Shown here: one piece after another, positions 60,417 through 64,000 of the stretch
How positions within the stretch are numbered: position 1 is the first letter of the stretch
Layout of the letters: each line of letters opens with the position of its first letter
Assembly (NCBI GenBank): GCA_965228895.1
Contig: OZ245842.1
Span: forward strand, 5,408,001-5,472,000
Direction of reading: 5' to 3'
Source: Alphaproteobacteria bacterium
GTDB taxonomy: Bacteria; Pseudomonadota; Alphaproteobacteria; SP197
DNA: 64,000 nucleotides
Notes under the pieces: generated by a model
Told to the model about the DNA's origin: nothing
The model's database searches: none
What the model saw: the letters and a program-made list of their open reading frames with translations, nothing else
Made by a program: the position numbers and the translations under genes

Positions 60417-61733
60417 CTAGCGGTTCACCCACCGGTCGTGAAGGTCGTACATCTGCATGGCGAGCGGCACGAACCATGTGTTGTTGGTCAAGAACGAGAG
60501 GTTCGGGAAGTCACGGTCGCTGAAAATCGTTCGGCCCTTCTCCAGACCCATCACCTGCCAGGCCACCTTGTGGCCCAGATAGGTTCCCATGGGCATCCCG
60601 ACGAACGAATAGCCGGTGGCATAGTAGACACCCTTTTGGTGGATTAGTTTCGGCAGACGATCGACGGGCGCGGAGCACCATCCGGTCCAAAAGCGCCCAA
60701 GCTGGATGTCGCCAAGCTGCGGGAACACCCCGACGAACTGATGGCGTAGCTTTCGTGCCTTGGCTTCCAGGGTGTCTTCTTCCGTACCGGTCAAGCCTGA
60801 CATCAAGATGCGCCGGCCATCGGGTGCGACCTGGATCGCCGTGGTGTTGAAGTTGTAGTCCAGATAGGTCCGCCGGTTGGGCATCAACGTGTCGAGTTGG
60901 TTTTCGCTTAACTCTTCCGTCGCCATGGCAAAGGCATGAAACGGGATCAAACGTGATCGCAGCCAATTGAGGTCCGAACCCGTATAGCCGTTCGTGGCGA
61001 CGATGACGTCGCGCGCACGTATCCGGCCATGGGACGTTTCGATGTCGAGCCAACCGTCCGCATCGGGCTCGCCGATAAGGTCGACCTTGGTATGCGGGTG
61101 CACCTCCGCACCGCTTTCCATGGCGCGGTCAAGCAGGCCCGCGTGATACTTGCCGGGGTGGAAACTGCCGAGGTCCGGTACGTAAATGGCGCCAATGAAG
61201 TCCTCTGACCCGTTGAACTCGCCCAGCAACGCGTCGCGATCCAACACCTCGAAACGCTGACCGAGGTGTTCCTGTTTCAACGTGTACTCATTGACGATGT
61301 CGTCAAACTGGCGTTTCGAACGGGCAAGAAAAACCCGACCGCAGGCGCGATAGTGGCAGTCGATCTTTTCTGCCTCCACCGTCCGGCTCACGCTCTCGAA
61401 CGCTTCGCGTGCTTCCAGATAGTAGGCCTTGGCCTGCGCCAGGCCGCGCCGTTTGATCAGGTCACCGAAGCTGCGCTTGAGTGCGCTTCCGACAAAGCCC
61501 ATGTTGCGCGTGCTGGCGCCATAACCGGCGTCTTCGGCATCCAACACCGCGACATGGCGACCGCCGCGTGCGAGCTCGCGCGCCGCGTTCAGACCCGTGA
61601 CGCCCGAACCGACGATGACGACATCAGCCCGCTCGGGCAATGGTTGGACACCGAGCTGCGGCCGTGGCGCCGCGTCCCACCAATACGGCGCCTGTTTATA
61701 GTCTGGCGCGAAGATATCCGATGCGGCGCTCAT
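60417..61733 (-). CDS. FAD-dependent amine oxidoreductase (PuuB/DadA-like)
   Basis: PYWWD, IVGSGVTG, GASTRN, ATNGYT. Confidence 0.87.
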   Translation of the reverse strand: MSAASDIFAPDYKQAPYWWDAAPRPQLGVQPLPERADVVIVGSGVTGLNAARELARGGRHVAVLDAEDAGYGASTRNMGFVGSALKRSFGDLIKRRGLAQAKAYYLEAREAFESVSRTVEAEKIDCHYRACGRVFLARSKRQFDDIVNEYTLKQEHLGQRFEVLDRDALLGEFNGSEDFIGAIYVPDLGSFHPGKYHAGLLDRAMESGAEVHPHTKVDLIGEPDADGWLDIETSHGRIRARDVIVATNGYTGSDLNWLRSRLIPFHAFAMATEELSENQLDTLMPNRRTYLDYNFNTTAIQVAPDGRRILMSGLTGTEEDTLEAKARKLRHQFVGVFPQLGDIQLGRFWTGWCSAPVDRLPKLIHQKGVYYATGYSFVGMPMGTYLGHKVAWQVMGLEKGRTIFSDRDFPNLSFLTNNTWFVPLAMQMYDLHDRWVNR

Positions 61734-61866
61734 GACGGGAAGCCTCCGACCGCTCCATACCGATGGCAAGGATAACACTCTGGGCGACCACGCCAACCCG
61801 ATGGGCTGGACCGCTGCGCTGTGTGGTCCTAGCTTGTTCCGAGGGTTGCCGTAGGTGGATCGCGTG

Positions 61867-62388
61867 ATGATGGGCCAATCGAGGCAAGGTGCCGGGCGTG
61901 CAACGCGGCGGTGGATTGGATCGACAGTCTTCGTTCTGACGGTCTATGCGATCCTGGAAACGGCGCATGCGCGAGACCTCTGTGCCGACATCAATGATTT
62001 GATCGAACAGTCGCGATCGCAATTTGCCGAGATTGCCGCGGAAGCGAGTGACGAGACCGGCGATCACGTGGCAACGCGGGTGCTGGCCGACGCCACCTAT
62101 TGCCGTATCACCGCATCATCCGAAGACAGTGCGTACTACTGTGCTTGGGCCTTTCCTTATCGCGCCGAGATCGCGGCCGAGACGTTCGACCAGCTCGCGC
62201 TCGGTATCGGTGAGTGTGTGGGCCCACATGCGACCGTCCATGGGGACCAGGGCGTTAATCACCCGGACTTCTATGACGTACGCCGTTTTCGGACCGAGGC
62301 GGCAGACGTGAGTGTCTCGATCAAAGACAAGGTCGCTTTGGACGCAACGTACGTGTTCGTCCGCGTCCATGGCCGGACCGACGGCTGA
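61867..62388 (+). CDS. Hypothetical exported protein with 4 Cys
   Basis: Signal-like N-terminus ending AHA; VNHPD motif. Confidence 0.6.
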   Translation: MMGQSRQGAGRATRRWIGSTVFVLTVYAILETAHARDLCADINDLIEQSRSQFAEIAAEASDETGDHVATRVLADATYCRITASSEDSAYYCAWAFPYRAEIAAETFDQLALGIGECVGPHATVHGDQGVNHPDFYDVRRFRTEAADVSVSIKDKVALDATYVFVRVHGRTDG

Positions 62389-62510
62389 CCGTCGCGAACG
62401 GTTTTCTCAAAGGATGTCAGCCTGATGACGGGTTTGGTCCTGGCGTGATAGGCTAAGTCCGCCGCAAGAAAAACAACAATGACCGGCGACATACCAAGGG
62501 GGAGAAAGCC

Positions 62511-62948
62511 ATGTCTCACAAGTATTCAGGTGGTTGTGATCACGTCCACACCCACGCGGACAGCGATCCCATCGATAATCACACGTGCCACTGTTCCGTC
62601 TGCAAAGGCGTGACCGGTCAGGACACGACCCATGTGGTGTTCTTTAAGCACGGCGACGTTGCCGTCGACAACCTTGATGGCCTGAACCGTCAGCCGTTCA
62701 ACGCCAACAACCCGGACGGCCCGCTGGAGCTGTGCACCTGCGCTGACTGCGGCGCGCCGATCATGCTCGACGACAAGCAAAGCCGTATTCGCGTCATCGT
62801 GCCCAATCTGATGGGATATGACACCGACAGCATGCCGGCGACCTATCATGCGTTTTATGATCCGGCGACTGGCGCGCCGAAACCAGACGACGGCCGTCCG
62901 GTCTATGAAGGTCTTCGCCCTGACTTTGTCTGGCCAGAACCGTCCTGA
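62511..62948 (+). CDS. GFA/CENP-V-like zinc-binding protein
   Basis: YSGGC, CHCSVC, CADCG; strong GGGGAG RBS. Confidence 0.7.
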   Translation: MSHKYSGGCDHVHTHADSDPIDNHTCHCSVCKGVTGQDTTHVVFFKHGDVAVDNLDGLNRQPFNANNPDGPLELCTCADCGAPIMLDDKQSRIRVIVPNLMGYDTDSMPATYHAFYDPATGAPKPDDGRPVYEGLRPDFVWPEPS

Positions 62949-63107
62949 TACGTCCTGTTTCTAGGACCTGAACCTGCGAAGCGTCCCGCACCGGTCAATC
63001 CATGTGGGGCGCTTCGTTGCTTTTGAGGCATCACACAGGTTGGAGAGCAGACTGACCTCGTCGGTAGTCCAGAACGGGGGTCCGATGTGGTGGCGAGACA
63101 TGGTTTG

Positions 63108-64000
63108 ATGTCCCGCAGCACCACGGTGCTGGCGGCGGCTTTCCTGGTGCTATTCGTCAGTGGCGGCTCGCGCTTCGCCATCGGACTCACGTTGAAGCCG
63201 ATGGCTGAGGATCTGGGTTGGAGCCGCAGCACGCTCGGCCTGACCGTCGCGGTGTTTTTCGTCGTCTCCGCCACATGTATGTTCCTGGCCGGGCGGCTCG
63301 CGGACCGCTACAGCCTGCGTTTCATCTTGGGTGGTGGGCTTGCGATCTGCGCCGTTGGCATCGGTCTGACGAGCCTTGTCACCGCGCCATGGCAGGCCTT
63401 CCTGCTATACGGCGTCATCTTCGCAATCGGTAGCGGCGCGGCGTCGCTGACGCCGATCGGGGTGATGGTCAGCCGCTGGTTCCCGGGGCGAACCGGTCTT
63501 GCCAATGCGGTGGCCATCTCCGGTATCAGTGTCGGTCAGCTGTTGATGATCGCGGTGCTCGCCGCGGTGCTCGCGCAGATTGGCTGGCGCTCGGTCTATG
63601 GCTTGCTCGGCATGGCCAACCTTCTTCTGGTGCCGGTCGTTGTCGCGGCGATCGCGACCGGCCGTGTGATCGCGGCCGATGCCGCGACATTCAGGCACGA
63701 CACCGGGTTGGCGATGCGGGGTGCGCTTCGTTCGCGTCATTTCTGGCTGCTGGCGGTTGTCTACGCGATCTGTGGTTTCCAGGACTTCTTTGTTGCCACG
63801 CATGTGGTCGCCTTCGCGACGGATCGCGGCGTCGAAACCTTGTTCGCCGGCAACCTGCTCGCGCTCATGGGATTGACCGGCTTGGTCGGCGTGCTCGCGG
63901 CAGGAGCATGGAGTGATCGGTCCGGCCCCGTCTCGGCCACGCTTGCCTGCTTCGCGCTGCGGATCGTGATCTTCTGCGTGATCTTGCTCGACCAAAGCAC
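63108..64000 (+). CDS. MFS transporter (3'-partial, absent from the ORF track)
   Basis: Hand translation: MSRSTTVL...DLGWSRS...AGRLADRY...RWFPGRTGLA; no stop seen before the window end. Confidence 0.85.
   Translation, partial: MSRSTTVLAAAFLVLFVSGGSRFAIGLTLKPMAEDLGWSRSTLGLTVAVFFVVSATCMFLAGRLADRYSLRFILGGGLAICAVGIGLTSLVTAPWQAFLLYGVIFAIGSGAASLTPIGVMVSRWFPGRTGLANAVAISGISVGQLLMIAVLAAVLAQIGWRSVYGLLGMANLLLVPVVVAAIATGRVIAADAATFRHDTGLAMRGALRSRHFWLLAVVYAICGFQDFFVATHVVAFATDRGVETLFAGNLLALMGLTGLVGVLAAGAWSDRSGPVSATLACFALRIVIFCVILLDQS

Overview
High-GC chromosomal window with alphaproteobacterial features: cbb3/FnrN cluster, CtrA-like boxes and TAGAGC-type intergenic repeats. I found no rRNA, tRNA, CRISPR array, transposase or integrase. 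In order it holds: (1) accessory enzymes, an SSS transporter, a carbamoyltransferase + PIG-L pair and a PadR + degenerate Nudix pair; (2) a signalling patch with two paralogous PilZ proteins sharing an unrecognised C-terminal tail, a CtrA-like box array, an atypical receiver, an Hpt protein and a 5xPAS hybrid kinase; (3) an FNR-box-marked microoxic module with an unlisted 40-aa ORF, hemerythrin, FNT channel, ccoNOQP-GHIS and fnrN; (4) opgGH; (5) a sigma54/IHF-type gene run with two tandem glutamine-synthetase-like ligases (one lacking a conserved Arg), a PhyH dioxygenase, a PAS-only protein coupled to a bEBP and a Pot-type ABC importer, flanked by a DoeA-like hydrolase and a Baeyer-Villiger monooxygenase; (6) a third GS-like ligase, a SABATH-like methyltransferase, malic enzyme, two TauD-family enzymes, a GltB2-like + class II amidotransferase pair, hydantoinase A/B and a PuuB-like oxidase. 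Block 5 is the best candidate for an undescribed system, probably gamma-glutamylation-based catabolism of an unknown amine. All family calls come from reading motifs by eye; no database search was run.
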